Source: Patescibacteria group bacterium (GTDB lineage: Bacteria; Patescibacteriota; Microgenomatia; UBA1400; PJMF01). From it: a DNA stretch of 64,000 nt. Position 1 is the stretch's first letter, and each line of letters starts with the position of its first letter. The position numbers and the translations under genes were made by a program. Below, piece by piece: positions 37,616 to 47,088 of this stretch. Below the pieces are notes generated by a model that was given only the letters and a program-made list of their open reading frames with translations, did not search any database and had not been told where the DNA came from. The stretch lies in assembly GCA_016861205.1 (NCBI GenBank), contig BOKX01000001.1:603434-667433 (forward strand), given 5' to 3'.

Positions 37616-38212
37616 ATGCTCAAACAGCTGACAACGTATCTCGACACGAAAAAATATCTGGTTTTTGACTTCGATCGGACCTTGGCGAAGATGGAGATTG
37701 ACTGGAATGGCTGGGTGACTGGCATGATCGACATTTTCGACCAATATGATGTCAACCACGGTTACCGACCAGAGAAAAATCCTCACGAGTACTATAACGC
37801 GTTGGTAAGCCGGTTTGGTCAACCGCTCGCCGATCAAGCCAAGGCATTTAATCAAGCCTACGAAGCTGAGTACCTGACTGGCTTCACCCCCAACGTGGAG
37901 TTGGTAGAGTTTGTCAAAAATCTGACCGACCACACGTTGTTCGTGTACTCATCGAACTCACGCCCCACTGTCCTCAGGGGTTTAGAAACACTGGGCATTG
38001 TAGAGTTGTTTACTCAAATCATCAGCAAAGATGACGTAACGTACGTCAAACCTCATCCCGAAGGGTTTTACTTAATCGAAAATTTTAGGCGCGACAAAGA
38101 TCAGTTTTTAATGATCGGCGACAGTAGCTCAGACCGCGGAGCAGCCCGAGCGGCAGAGATTGATTTTGTGGAGTGTCGGGTGTTTGAAAAGTACGAGGAA
38201 GAAGAAGAATAA
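37616..38212 (+). CDS. HAD-family hydrolase
   Basis: FDFDRTL, SSN, KPHPEG, IGDSSSD. Confidence 0.92.
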   Translation: MLKQLTTYLDTKKYLVFDFDRTLAKMEIDWNGWVTGMIDIFDQYDVNHGYRPEKNPHEYYNALVSRFGQPLADQAKAFNQAYEAEYLTGFTPNVELVEFVKNLTDHTLFVYSSNSRPTVLRGLETLGIVELFTQIISKDDVTYVKPHPEGFYLIENFRRDKDQFLMIGDSSSDRGAARAAEIDFVECRVFEKYEEEEE

Positions 38213-38228
38213 CAACCGCAACAACTCG

Positions 38229-38804
38229 TTACTTAGTGAGACGAAAAGTAGCTTGGATGGCTGTAATTTCTTGGGACCGGCTGCATTGAAATGCGTCTAG
38301 CTGTACACAAGCCGGATCATACTGGTTCGAGATATATACGTACTCCTCTGACTCAAACAGTGGTTGCACTTGTTTTCCTCCACGTTGGGTGTACTGCATC
38401 CACTTAGCTTTATCAAAAACTGAAATTTGTAGTATACAGGCTGGAATACTCCCCGCTCGCTCAAAGTAAAAACAAACATCTGTTAGATGGCCTGAATTTG
38501 ATTCATCCCTACCTAGGCTCGGCTCAGAAACCAGGTACCCTTGCCAAGTCGTCGGCAACTCCAACTCGAAACCCCACTGATCATTTTGGTAACGAAGACC
38601 CGTCGTGACTATTGACTCAGTTTCTTGCTGAACAGGCTGTGGTAGTTCTGGAACCATTTTACTTGGGTCTGGCTTCGAAAATCGCAGATACTTCATAGCT
38701 ACAAGAAGTGTTACCACGACAATCACAGCTAAAATCAACAGCTGCCTGGCTTGAATTGTGTTATTTTTTGGCGAGAATTTTTTGCCAGATTTCATACGTT
38801 TCAT
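38229..38804 (-). CDS. Hypothetical membrane-anchored protein
   Basis: N-terminal TM, YQNDQWGFELELP (PsbP-like pattern), ends ATFRL. Confidence 0.65.
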   Translation of the reverse strand: MKRMKSGKKFSPKNNTIQARQLLILAVIVVVTLLVAMKYLRFSKPDPSKMVPELPQPVQQETESIVTTGLRYQNDQWGFELELPTTWQGYLVSEPSLGRDESNSGHLTDVCFYFERAGSIPACILQISVFDKAKWMQYTQRGGKQVQPLFESEEYVYISNQYDPACVQLDAFQCSRSQEITAIQATFRLTK

Positions 38805-38847
38805 TGTGAACCACCTGGATTGAAAAAGGAACACACAACGAATGTCA

Positions 38848-39156
38848 CTATTTCGCTCGGGTGCGTTTACTCAAAATGCCTTTGATTGAAGGACTGAGTT
38901 CTTTATCAGTGCGGTGAATACACCCGATCCAGCAACACGGTCGTCGCTTGCCTTCTTTGAGTTGCTTAACGGTCCGGGTAACATGCTCGCTGCGAGTGTC
39001 GGCTTTTTTGACAAAGGTTACCCAACAAATCCACTCGTTACGAGCCAACGGAGTCAGACCTTCCCACAACTTCAAGGCTTTAGCATCTGCTGATAGTGCC
39101 TGACGCAGATCACTGGGTAAAGTGTGGACAACGCCAGCGGAAATCTTTTGGGACAT
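38848..39156 (-). CDS. YdeI/OmpD-associated family protein
   Basis: LPSDLRQAL...LTPLARNEWICWV...GKRRPCCWIGC. Confidence 0.88.
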   Translation of the reverse strand: MSQKISAGVVHTLPSDLRQALSADAKALKLWEGLTPLARNEWICWVTFVKKADTRSEHVTRTVKQLKEGKRRPCCWIGCIHRTDKELSPSIKGILSKRTRAK

Positions 39157-39180
39157 AGGTTGATTATAGCTGACCGTTGG

Positions 39181-39531
39181 CTACTTGCGCAAAATAGTCT
39201 CCAAGCTTTTGCCTTTGGCTAGCTCATCAATCAGTTTGTCCAGATAGCGAATTTCTCGCATGGTAGGTTCTTTAATGTCTTCAACGCGCACCCCACAAAT
39301 TACCCCTTTAATGAGCGACCGAGCCGGGTTGAGCTGTGGTGCGTTAGCGAAAAAGGTTTGAAAATCTGTTTGCTGGTCGATTTGGGTTACAAGCTGTTTT
39401 GGCGTGTAGCCAGTTAACCAACAAATGATAGTGTCGACCTCAGCTTTGGTGCGTCCCTTGCGTTCAGCCTTGGCCACATATAGCGGATAAACACTAGCAA
39501 AACTGGTGGTGTAGATACGGTGGTTTGACAT
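39181..39531 (-). CDS. DUF2200-family protein
   Basis: [39 protein letters not shown]. Confidence 0.92.
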   Translation of the reverse strand: MSNHRIYTTSFASVYPLYVAKAERKGRTKAEVDTIICWLTGYTPKQLVTQIDQQTDFQTFFANAPQLNPARSLIKGVICGVRVEDIKEPTMREIRYLDKLIDELAKGKSLETILRK

Positions 39532-39560
39532 TACTCAAAATGGTAACACATCACTGCTAA

Positions 39561-40421
39561 TTAGGCGGCTGTGATTAAAATGTACGAACCCACCAACGCA
39601 ATTAACGAGGCGATTATCTTGCGAGCGACGTTGTCTTTCTCACCGAGCAGCAAAATACCCAGCATCACTGTTAGTAATGTAGATGTTTGGAGAATCGGAA
39701 TCACTTTGGTGGCATCAGCCAAAAGCAAAGCTTTGAGCTGTAGCAGGTACGCGACCACATTCACACCCGCTAGCACGATGACTTTCCACGAGGCAACTTT
39801 GAACTCATACTTAATTTCACTCAACTTCACGTACGGAAAATAAATACCGATAAGTGGCACAATCCAAACCAGAATTTGGTATGTGTCGGGGTTGAAGTAC
39901 AGTGAGCCTTTTTTATCTAAGGCCCACCCCAAGGCCAACACACTGTACACGGCCAATGCTACGGCCACCCCTTTCAACGAGATACTTTGCTTGTGCTTAG
40001 CTAAACTAATCAAAACCAGAGCAACTAAAATCAGACAAGCGCCAATTAATTTACCCAATGACAATGTTTCGTGATACAAAAACAGTGAAAAAATAAAGGC
40101 AAACGCAACCGAGATGTTAGACACAATGGTCAGCACAGAGGCATCAAGCATTTTAGCAATCACAAATCGCCAGCGTTCGTATATGGCATAGGATGAGCAT
40201 GCTATGGCGAGAAAAATCCAGGCGGCTGGCTCAGTTGGTAACGAGAAGTTTTTGTACGAGCCAGTTATGAAAAACACCACCAGTGATAACAGAACTGCCC
40301 ACAGATTAAAAACAATCGCAGTGGCTCGAGGGTATTCAGCATTGATGGCAATTTTGCGCTGCAATAAATTGAGCGATGTAAACAATGTCAGCGACGAGGC
40401 AGCTAAAAACACCCAACTCAT
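39561..40421 (-). CDS. EamA/DMT-family transporter
   Basis: About 10 TM helices in two repeats (LYHETLS..., LLGEKD...). Confidence 0.85.
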   Translation of the reverse strand: MSWVFLAASSLTLFTSLNLLQRKIAINAEYPRATAIVFNLWAVLLSLVVFFITGSYKNFSLPTEPAAWIFLAIACSSYAIYERWRFVIAKMLDASVLTIVSNISVAFAFIFSLFLYHETLSLGKLIGACLILVALVLISLAKHKQSISLKGVAVALAVYSVLALGWALDKKGSLYFNPDTYQILVWIVPLIGIYFPYVKLSEIKYEFKVASWKVIVLAGVNVVAYLLQLKALLLADATKVIPILQTSTLLTVMLGILLLGEKDNVARKIIASLIALVGSYILITAA

Positions 40422-40458
40422 AGGCGTGAGTATACTCCTCGGTGGTCACTGACGGAAG

Positions 40459-40764
40459 CTAAATCAACCCGGACATTAGCAGGACCAAAATCACCGCTGT
40501 GATGGCAGCGAAGATGCCTACTGTCTGGGCAAAAAGATTCAGAGCGGCCTTTTTCTTGCCGTCAATCAAGAGCTGGAGTGGTTGAAACAAAAACAGGTAC
40601 GCCATGACTGCCGCCGACAACGTGAACATCGAGATTACGAACAACGGGGCGCCGAACGTATCTGGTTTGTTGCTCAAGGTTTGGGAAATGTAGTTCATGA
40701 TCGTCACCACCAGCAAAATGTAGGCCGAAGCACTGGCGGCGTTGATGAGCGGGTTTTTTGTCAT
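40459..40764 (-). CDS. Hypothetical membrane protein
   Basis: Three TM helices; downstream of the XRE/DUF2975 pair. Confidence 0.7.
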   Translation of the reverse strand: MTKNPLINAASASAYILLVVTIMNYISQTLSNKPDTFGAPLFVISMFTLSAAVMAYLFLFQPLQLLIDGKKKAALNLFAQTVGIFAAITAVILVLLMSGLI

Positions 40765-40802
40765 ATCGTAATAATAGCAGACCTATCCGCCTTTACGGAT
40801 AA

Positions 40803-41015
40803 TTAATTAGTATCGCTTTTATACTCAATGATGTCACCAGGTTGGCAGTCTAAGGCGCGGCAGATGGCTTCTAGAGTGGAAAAGCGAATGGCTCTGGCCT
40901 TGCCATTTTTCAAAATGGACAGATTGGCCATGGTGATGCCCACCTTTTCGGTCAGTTCAGTCACACTCATTTTGCGCTTGGCCAACATGACGTCGATATT
41001 GATGATGATTGCCAT
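40803..41015 (-). CDS. XRE/YozG-like HTH regulator
   Basis: GITMANLSILKNGKARAIRFSTLEAIC...CQPGD. Confidence 0.93.
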   Translation of the reverse strand: MAIIINIDVMLAKRKMSVTELTEKVGITMANLSILKNGKARAIRFSTLEAICRALDCQPGDIIEYKSDTN

Positions 41016-41024
41016 ACGGTTACC

Positions 41025-41501
41025 TTAAACTGTTAAGTCATTCTCCGATTTTAGGTCAACTGCATTTTGAAAAAGCTTTTGAAAAACTGCGGCGGCGGTG
41101 GCAATCACAGCCACTGCGAAAGAAACAATAATGCCCAACATGGTGGGACCGGCCGCATCATCACCCTGAGCAAAGACACGGATGTACACTAGTGCCACTG
41201 CGATAAAACCGATCAAACACAGCGAAGCTCTTTTCATATTGCGGAGGGCAGTGACTGCGCTCTCGGAAAAAGCTCGGTTCGCATCAATCAAGTTCAGCAG
41301 TTTGATGGCTTGATACAGCCCAACAAAAAATGGCGTGGCGGCAATATAGGTGTACAGAATAAATGGATCAGTGTAGATACTGACCAGATTCAAATTGGCG
41401 GCTCTCCCCTCTGATTGAGGAAACCAGGCTAAACCAGCAACTACTCCTAGAGCGATCAAAACAATGACCGCCTTCAAAAACAGAGTCGAGCCTTTTTTCA
41501 T
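41025..41501 (-). CDS. DUF2975-family membrane protein
   Basis: AFSESAVTALRNMK, C-terminal AVDLKSENDLTV. Confidence 0.9.
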   Translation of the reverse strand: MKKGSTLFLKAVIVLIALGVVAGLAWFPQSEGRAANLNLVSIYTDPFILYTYIAATPFFVGLYQAIKLLNLIDANRAFSESAVTALRNMKRASLCLIGFIAVALVYIRVFAQGDDAAGPTMLGIIVSFAVAVIATAAAVFQKLFQNAVDLKSENDLTV

Positions 41502-41547
41502 AGACAGCATCCAAGTTACTTATTGATACCGGCTATTCTAGCAAAGC

Positions 41548-41568
41548 ATTTATCGATTGTCAATAAAT
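41548..41568. promoter_or_regulatory. Imperfect palindrome upstream of DUF2975/XRE; putative operator
   Basis: ATTTATCGA-TTG-TCAATAAAT. Confidence 0.5.
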
Positions 41569-41609
41569 TATTATTGTTACTCGTTTGATGCAGTTCGTTG
41601 TCTTTACCG

Positions 41610-42059
41610 CTAGTACTCAGCGATGACGATCTTCTTTTGGTTGAGCATGATCTCAAACGCACCCGGTTTTTGCATCAACTCTTCCATGTTTTCCGGCACA
41701 ATTTGCCAGCTCAAACCGTACTTATCCTTGCACCAGCCACATTGTTCGGAGCTGGGTACTGCCGAGAGTTGACTCCAGTAGTAGTCAATTTCGGCTTGAT
41801 CTTTACACATCACAGCCATGGAAATTGCTTCGGTAAACTTGAAGTCGTTGCCGGCGTTGATCGCTACAAACCGTTGGCCAAGCAACTCAAAGTCGACGGT
41901 CAAAACTTTACCAGCGAAATCTTTTTGAAAATCAGCCAATCCCTCCTTGGGATAGTAGGCCGTGCTCAACACTCGGCTATCTTTAAAGACTGACGTGTAA
42001 AACTCGACAGCCTCACTGGCGTTACCGGCAAACCAGAGGTTGGGGATGATTTTTTGCAT
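41610..42059 (-). CDS. VOC-family (3-demethylubiquinone-9 3-methyltransferase-like) protein
   Basis: MQKIIPNLWF, FTEAIS, CGWCKDKYGLSWQIVP. Confidence 0.92.
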   Translation of the reverse strand: MQKIIPNLWFAGNASEAVEFYTSVFKDSRVLSTAYYPKEGLADFQKDFAGKVLTVDFELLGQRFVAINAGNDFKFTEAISMAVMCKDQAEIDYYWSQLSAVPSSEQCGWCKDKYGLSWQIVPENMEELMQKPGAFEIMLNQKKIVIAEY

Positions 42060-42126
42060 CTGCAGTCTCCTATGGGAGTGTTGGTAGTAAGGCAGTATAG
42101 CAGAAGTGCAATCTGATACTCATGCT

Positions 42127-42576
42127 TTATCGTTCCAGCTTTTTGCGCAACTCATCGATGACCGCTGCCTCCCAATACTTCATGGAAAACCAACCGATCA
42201 ATGGCCGGGCCACAATCCGCAACCAACGTTTATGAATGTTCACTTGATAGGTGTACTGAATCAGGGTGCCACCTGTCTGCTCGGACAATAACAACTCTTC
42301 ATGGCCAGAGGTTCCGAACTTGGGGCTTTCGTTGTCTGAAGTAAAACCTTTACCCGGCAAAATCTGGGTGTGCATCTTAACGGGAAACTCGCGACCGAAT
42401 GACTTGACAGTGGCTGCCATCTCCAGAGCGTTGCCCTGGCGCTTCACAACCCGAATGCCCGCGGCCACTTTGGGAAACAGCTCCGGCCAGTGTTCAAAGT
42501 CGGTCATGATGTCAAAGACTTGAGAAAGTGGGGCTTTAATCAGCCACTGAGCTTGGAGGGTAATGTCGGCGGGCAT
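42127..42576 (-). CDS. SRPBCC/START-domain protein
   Basis: IKAPLSQVFDIMTDFEHWPELFP. Confidence 0.85.
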   Translation of the reverse strand: MPADITLQAQWLIKAPLSQVFDIMTDFEHWPELFPKVAAGIRVVKRQGNALEMAATVKSFGREFPVKMHTQILPGKGFTSDNESPKFGTSGHEELLLSEQTGGTLIQYTYQVNIHKRWLRIVARPLIGWFSMKYWEAAVIDELRKKLER

Positions 42577-42630
42577 AAGAAGATGATAGCAGAAAATGTG
42601 GGACTCATCGAATTTTATTGATTGAATCAA

Positions 42631-43722
42631 TTAAGTTCGAGAACCCAACTGCCTACTCACCTCATCTACTGCTCGGGACATCTCTTCGATCTTGGCAGCG
42701 ATATTACCGACATTTAAACTTAGTCCGTTGATCGCCCGACTAATCGTATAAGCATCTTGAGCAGTTGAATATGTGTTGGCACTAATTTCTCTTGTGTTCC
42801 GTGCAATCTCTGTCGTACTTTTATCTATATTCCTTAAGCGTTCAATTTTTTCAATCTCTAAATTGGCTAAGGAGATAAGTGCTTCAACTCTTTGCTTCAG
42901 GTCTGTTAAAACTAAAAAGCCATAGTCTTGAATTGGCAAATCTTGTCCCAGAGCTTTTAATTTTGTTTTTACTAAATCAAATCCAGGAGTTTTGACTTGA
43001 GATCGCCAATTTTCTAATTGATGAGGATAGAAAGGCTCTGGAAGATCAGCTAAATACTGTTCTACCAAACAGCTAAGCAAGTCTTCCCTACGCTCGAAGA
43101 AGGGACGACCATAACTTATCATTGAACATGAATACTGGGGGACACCTTTTTTAGAGAATCCAAAATCTACACACAATTTATAGGGCTCATCAATTCTTTT
43201 TCTTTCTGACTTACCCTTATTGATTGGCAACCGGTGATCATAAAATATCGTAGAAATTGCCGCAGCATTTTCTAACCAGCGGCCAACTATACCATCAGTT
43301 ACATCATCTGCTGACGTAATTCCTTTTTTGACTTGCTCTAACATGTATTCACGGACTTTCTTCTCCCAATCCGAATGTGAGGGGTAAGGACGACGAAGCC
43401 AAGAAAGTATCCCATAGGGCAGATCAGTTGCCCCCGAACTAACACTAAAAACACTCCCCCATCTCTGCTGGCAAGCACCATTTATCTTATCAGTTAGTGC
43501 CTTAACGGCTTCATTTAAAGTCTCATCCTGTAAAAATCTCTCGGCATCTTGAAATCTGTTATCTGTCTCGAGCCGCGCTCGAAGTAGCTGATCTACTTCA
43601 GGGTATATGGCGTCTACTATGGTCTCTACTTCTTTCGCTTTGGCGGCGGCTGGATCCTTTATCATTCTCTGGGCATCAACTAAATCTTGAAAACTAGGTC
43701 CTTTTTTCGATTCGTGTGACAT
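42631..43722 (-). CDS. AT-rich hypothetical protein with C-terminal coiled coil
   Basis: 363-aa ORF; heptad-like tail STTEIARNTREISANT. Confidence 0.75.
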   Translation of the reverse strand: MSHESKKGPSFQDLVDAQRMIKDPAAAKAKEVETIVDAIYPEVDQLLRARLETDNRFQDAERFLQDETLNEAVKALTDKINGACQQRWGSVFSVSSGATDLPYGILSWLRRPYPSHSDWEKKVREYMLEQVKKGITSADDVTDGIVGRWLENAAAISTIFYDHRLPINKGKSERKRIDEPYKLCVDFGFSKKGVPQYSCSMISYGRPFFERREDLLSCLVEQYLADLPEPFYPHQLENWRSQVKTPGFDLVKTKLKALGQDLPIQDYGFLVLTDLKQRVEALISLANLEIEKIERLRNIDKSTTEIARNTREISANTYSTAQDAYTISRAINGLSLNVGNIAAKIEEMSRAVDEVSRQLGSRT

Positions 43723-43934
43723 AGTCCCTTTCAAAAGCGCATCGCTATTAAGAAACAATATTTTTTTAGTGCAAAATAAGTAGTGGCATTATATCACTGT
43801 GATATAGTTAGCAGTCTGCGACCGGCACAACTGCCATGTTCTTCGTCAGAACGGATATATTCATGAAACCATAACTTAGTGGTACTCAATTCAATTTGGC
43901 TCCCCGCCGTGGCAGAAATCAGGAACTGCTTTTT

Positions 43935-44948
43935 TTAAGAAAATTGTATATGGATATCTTTTAAAAGCTGACAGTTGCAACTCAAAGACTGACCACTACA
44001 CCTTGGGCATTGCTCTACATCACAACCAAAACAATGGTACTGCCCAAGAACAGCAAAACAGTCATGACATGAATTTTTTTCAGTTGATTCAATCCAGGTT
44101 ATTTTTCCCCCATCAACTTTCATTTCATCTGGTTCATCAAATTTCTCGTATCCATATTTTATTCTTCTAAACCTCTTTCCATGTAAAATAATTGTTTTTT
44201 CTTTTTGTGATTTATCAAACTCTTCATAGTATTGAAAATATGCGTAAAGTTTCATGGAAACATTGTTGAGCTCTTCAGTTGGGAAACCTGATTCTAACCT
44301 ATGCAACCCTTTGGTTCTGTTGCTATGAATTTTTTCAAAAGCTTTTCTAATTTCCCCATCCATACCCACACCTAATTTGTAAACTTCGTTGAGTAGAATA
44401 CCAAAGCGACCACTTTTCTCACCCGGCTTATGTCCATTTTTCTCAAGTAGAAATCTCGTCAGAAAACTATCGGCATCTTTTATATAATCCCAATTACTTA
44501 TTATTCCCATATCCCACCTTCTGAAAATAACTTCATACTCATGAGAAAAGGGGTCAGTAAAGGCACCTGGAATATAGTTGAATTGATTCAATTTTCCTAA
44601 AACATGCTTTTTTAAATACTTACTATATGGGTTTTCGAATCTGTGCTCAAGAAGTTGCTGATAGAGTGGAATGATTGCTTGATCCAAGACAGCTTCTCTA
44701 TTTTTCTTATCCAGAGCACATGAGTAGTAGTAAAGTCCTCTATTGAGAATCATCTCTTGCAACAGAGCATCAATAGAACCAGTTTGTCCATCAACAATAA
44801 TGTTGAAGCGCCCTCTGCCCAGATATTCAAAAGTAAATTTTGTATTTCTTGAATACCTCTTGCCCACTTGATTCAAAAATTCTAGAAAATTAATAGCGTG
44901 TGTGTGATATTTTGCTTTTACATTAATTATTTGATCGTATCCTGCCAT
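43935..44948 (-). CDS. Hypothetical protein with HEPN-like RxxxxH motif and Cys-rich C-terminal domain
   Basis: KIHSNRTKGLH; CHDC...HCFGCDVEQCPRCSGQSLSCNC. Confidence 0.7.
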   Translation of the reverse strand: MAGYDQIINVKAKYHTHAINFLEFLNQVGKRYSRNTKFTFEYLGRGRFNIIVDGQTGSIDALLQEMILNRGLYYYSCALDKKNREAVLDQAIIPLYQQLLEHRFENPYSKYLKKHVLGKLNQFNYIPGAFTDPFSHEYEVIFRRWDMGIISNWDYIKDADSFLTRFLLEKNGHKPGEKSGRFGILLNEVYKLGVGMDGEIRKAFEKIHSNRTKGLHRLESGFPTEELNNVSMKLYAYFQYYEEFDKSQKEKTIILHGKRFRRIKYGYEKFDEPDEMKVDGGKITWIESTEKNSCHDCFAVLGQYHCFGCDVEQCPRCSGQSLSCNCQLLKDIHIQFS

Positions 44949-45068
44949 ATTCACAGAATTATATTGTAGATTTAGTCCAACAAAAGGTTCAAGCGTCTAA
45001 GACAGGGTAAGCTTTTTACTTGAGGGGGAAACGTTGCTCCATGTATGGAACTTTATCCGATCGCTGAA

Positions 45069-46145
45069 TTAAGCTGGCATTATTTTGACAAAACCCATCG
45101 CAATCAGCTCCTTGAGTAAATCCATAGCTTTTGCTTCCAATGCTCCTCCTGGAAAGTTGATGTAACCAAGGTCACTAAAGTCGCTCGGCAAATTCACTCC
45201 GTCTTCTTTAAAAATTATTACCTTTTCACCATAAAGCACGCTTGCTGCTCCCAATTCAAACACGACATTTGCATTTGGTTGAACAATATTTGAATCACCA
45301 TCAGTTGCTTCATCTTTTGACGAAAAAATAAAAATTGCTGAGCCACATTCGTGCATTGTATCTCTAACTTTTTGAGAAACAGGTCTGCCAGAGTGTGCTT
45401 CATGAATAGCAACTTTATGAGGAATGCCAAATTGATTTAATATTTTTTCTAGCTGAGTAAGCGGTTGCCTGTCCTTACCATGAGCTATGAAAATAGGCTT
45501 AAGGATATTTGATTTTGATTCTTCCTCTGGATTAATAACTTCTTGAGCTAAAATTTCTTGTTGATTCTCCTCAATTTCTAACTCTGTATTTTCTCCTAAA
45601 TCGGGGTCACTTTCCTCGCTGCCATTCAACATTACGTACAAAGAACCACTTATGTCGCGTATAATTCCTGTGTATTTTCCATTTTCAAGCAAGAGAGAAA
45701 CTGCTTCTTCACTAAATTCTCGAGATACATTGAATGTGACTTCTAATGTGTTTTTAAAAAAATCACCTTGAGGAAACTTGTTGTTTTGATAGTGACTATA
45801 GACTTTACTGAACAGTTCTGGCGTTAGGACAGCTTGTTTTTTTGCTTCATTTCTTTGTGCTTCAGAGAGTGGCTGAGTTATTTTCTTTCCTAAATCGGTG
45901 AGCTCAATGTTTTCAGCTTTTTCTGTTCCAAGTGTCAAACCATATTTGAAAGAGCAACTTAATAAGTCTCGAAAATTTGTACTCAAGGGTTTTATTCCTA
46001 AAGCATTTGCCAATAACAAGCGATTCATTGGCTTCCCAGCATTTTGATTTTGTATAGTCTCTGCAATTTTCAAAGACTCTTGTAAGGAATAAAGAGGAAA
46101 AGGTCTAACCCTTCTAGTTTTCTTCTGTTTATCTGCTGTCTCCAT
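45069..46145 (-). CDS. wHTH + TIR-like (CAP12/Pycsar-type) domain protein
   Basis: IFIAHGKD, SAIFIFS, NANVVFELGA, LPSDFSDLGYI; N-terminal helical/wHTH region, acidic linker. Confidence 0.85.
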   Translation of the reverse strand: METADKQKKTRRVRPFPLYSLQESLKIAETIQNQNAGKPMNRLLLANALGIKPLSTNFRDLLSCSFKYGLTLGTEKAENIELTDLGKKITQPLSEAQRNEAKKQAVLTPELFSKVYSHYQNNKFPQGDFFKNTLEVTFNVSREFSEEAVSLLLENGKYTGIIRDISGSLYVMLNGSEESDPDLGENTELEIEENQQEILAQEVINPEEESKSNILKPIFIAHGKDRQPLTQLEKILNQFGIPHKVAIHEAHSGRPVSQKVRDTMHECGSAIFIFSSKDEATDGDSNIVQPNANVVFELGAASVLYGEKVIIFKEDGVNLPSDFSDLGYINFPGGALEAKAMDLLKELIAMGFVKIMPA

Positions 46146-46190
46146 ACTCTACCTTTCTTGGGCAGAAATTTGGTCCGGATAAGCAACAGG

Positions 46191-46265
46191 TGGCTCCCCG
46201 ACTAGGACTCGAACCTAGAACCTTTTCGTTAACAGCGAATTGCTCTGCCATTGAGCTATCGGGGA
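46191..46265 (-). tRNA. tRNA-Asn(GTT)
   Basis: TCCCCGA/TCGGGGA acceptor stem, anticodon loop CTGTTAA, GGTTCGAGTCC T-arm, encoded CCA. Confidence 0.98.
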
Positions 46266-46503
46266 ATGTTAACTCGGGTATTGTAGCAAACCTGCAGCCA
46301 CCTTGCCAGCCCTGCTGGCCACTGATTTGAGCCAAACTCTGCTCCGCCACGCTCCGCAGATACCCTACTTTAACTTCAAATAATTCTACATTTGACATAT
46401 TTCTTACACATTGTGTCAGCCGCGTTCAAGGATTAAACTCCACAATTATAAGAAAATATTCTATTACTATCTGCCGCAGGTCGGCTAGAAACCTGCAGAA
46501 CCT

Positions 46504-47088
46504 ATGACCACTGCCCCAACCTTACTGCCGCCACTCTTAGCCACTCAAACTGCCCAGCCACATGAGTACTTTTACATTTTTGACCCGCACATGCAACCCA
46601 TTGGCTTGAAGCGTCGCTATCATGTCCACCATGATGGTGACTGGCACCGAGGTGTGCAGCTCAACATTCGCTACCAAGATGAAATCCTCATCCAACGCCG
46701 CTCTGACCAGGTTGATATTGCTCAGCACTTGCTCGACCAAAGCCTAGCTACCCAGCTCATCTTGGCTGACAATGACAACGAGAAACAGGCACTGATCCGC
46801 GGCTTGGCGACTGAGCTGGGCTACCAAGCGAAACCACGCCAGCTGCGTAAAGTGGCTGGCCCTCGACGAATTATAAAGCGCTACTCGCACCATCCGGATC
46901 TCTGGAACCGCGAGTTTGTGTCACTGTACGAGCTGCGATTGCCAACTCGCCACCAGTTCACTCCCCACTCGCCAAAGGTCAGCAGTGTCGAGTGGTGGCC
47001 GACCGCCAAAGTTCTCAGTCTCTGGCAACACAACCCAAGCGCCTTCACCCAAACCTTCAGTATGTGGCTCAAGGAGACCCAACTATGA
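46504..47088 (+). CDS. NUDIX-fold (IDI-like) protein with degenerate Nudix box
   Basis: VHHDGDWHRGV, LIQRRS, ALIRGLATELG in place of RExxEELG, NREF. Confidence 0.8.
   Translation: MTTAPTLLPPLLATQTAQPHEYFYIFDPHMQPIGLKRRYHVHHDGDWHRGVQLNIRYQDEILIQRRSDQVDIAQHLLDQSLATQLILADNDNEKQALIRGLATELGYQAKPRQLRKVAGPRRIIKRYSHHPDLWNREFVSLYELRLPTRHQFTPHSPKVSSVEWWPTAKVLSLWQHNPSAFTQTFSMWLKETQL

Larger units (their letters stand above)
43897..46200. mobile_element. AT-rich island integrated at the tRNA-Asn 3' end, bounded by a 10-bp direct repeat; no integrase in the window
   Basis: TGGCTCCCCG at 43897-43906 and 46191-46200 (tRNA 3' end); visibly AT-richer than its flanks. Confidence 0.75.

Noticed and set aside
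42595-42630. Possible third att-like site beyond the 42631 gene
   Set aside because: TGTGGGACTCATCG does not align convincingly with the tRNA-Asn end.
46129-46398. 89-aa ORF
   Set aside because: Spans tRNA-Asn; spurious.
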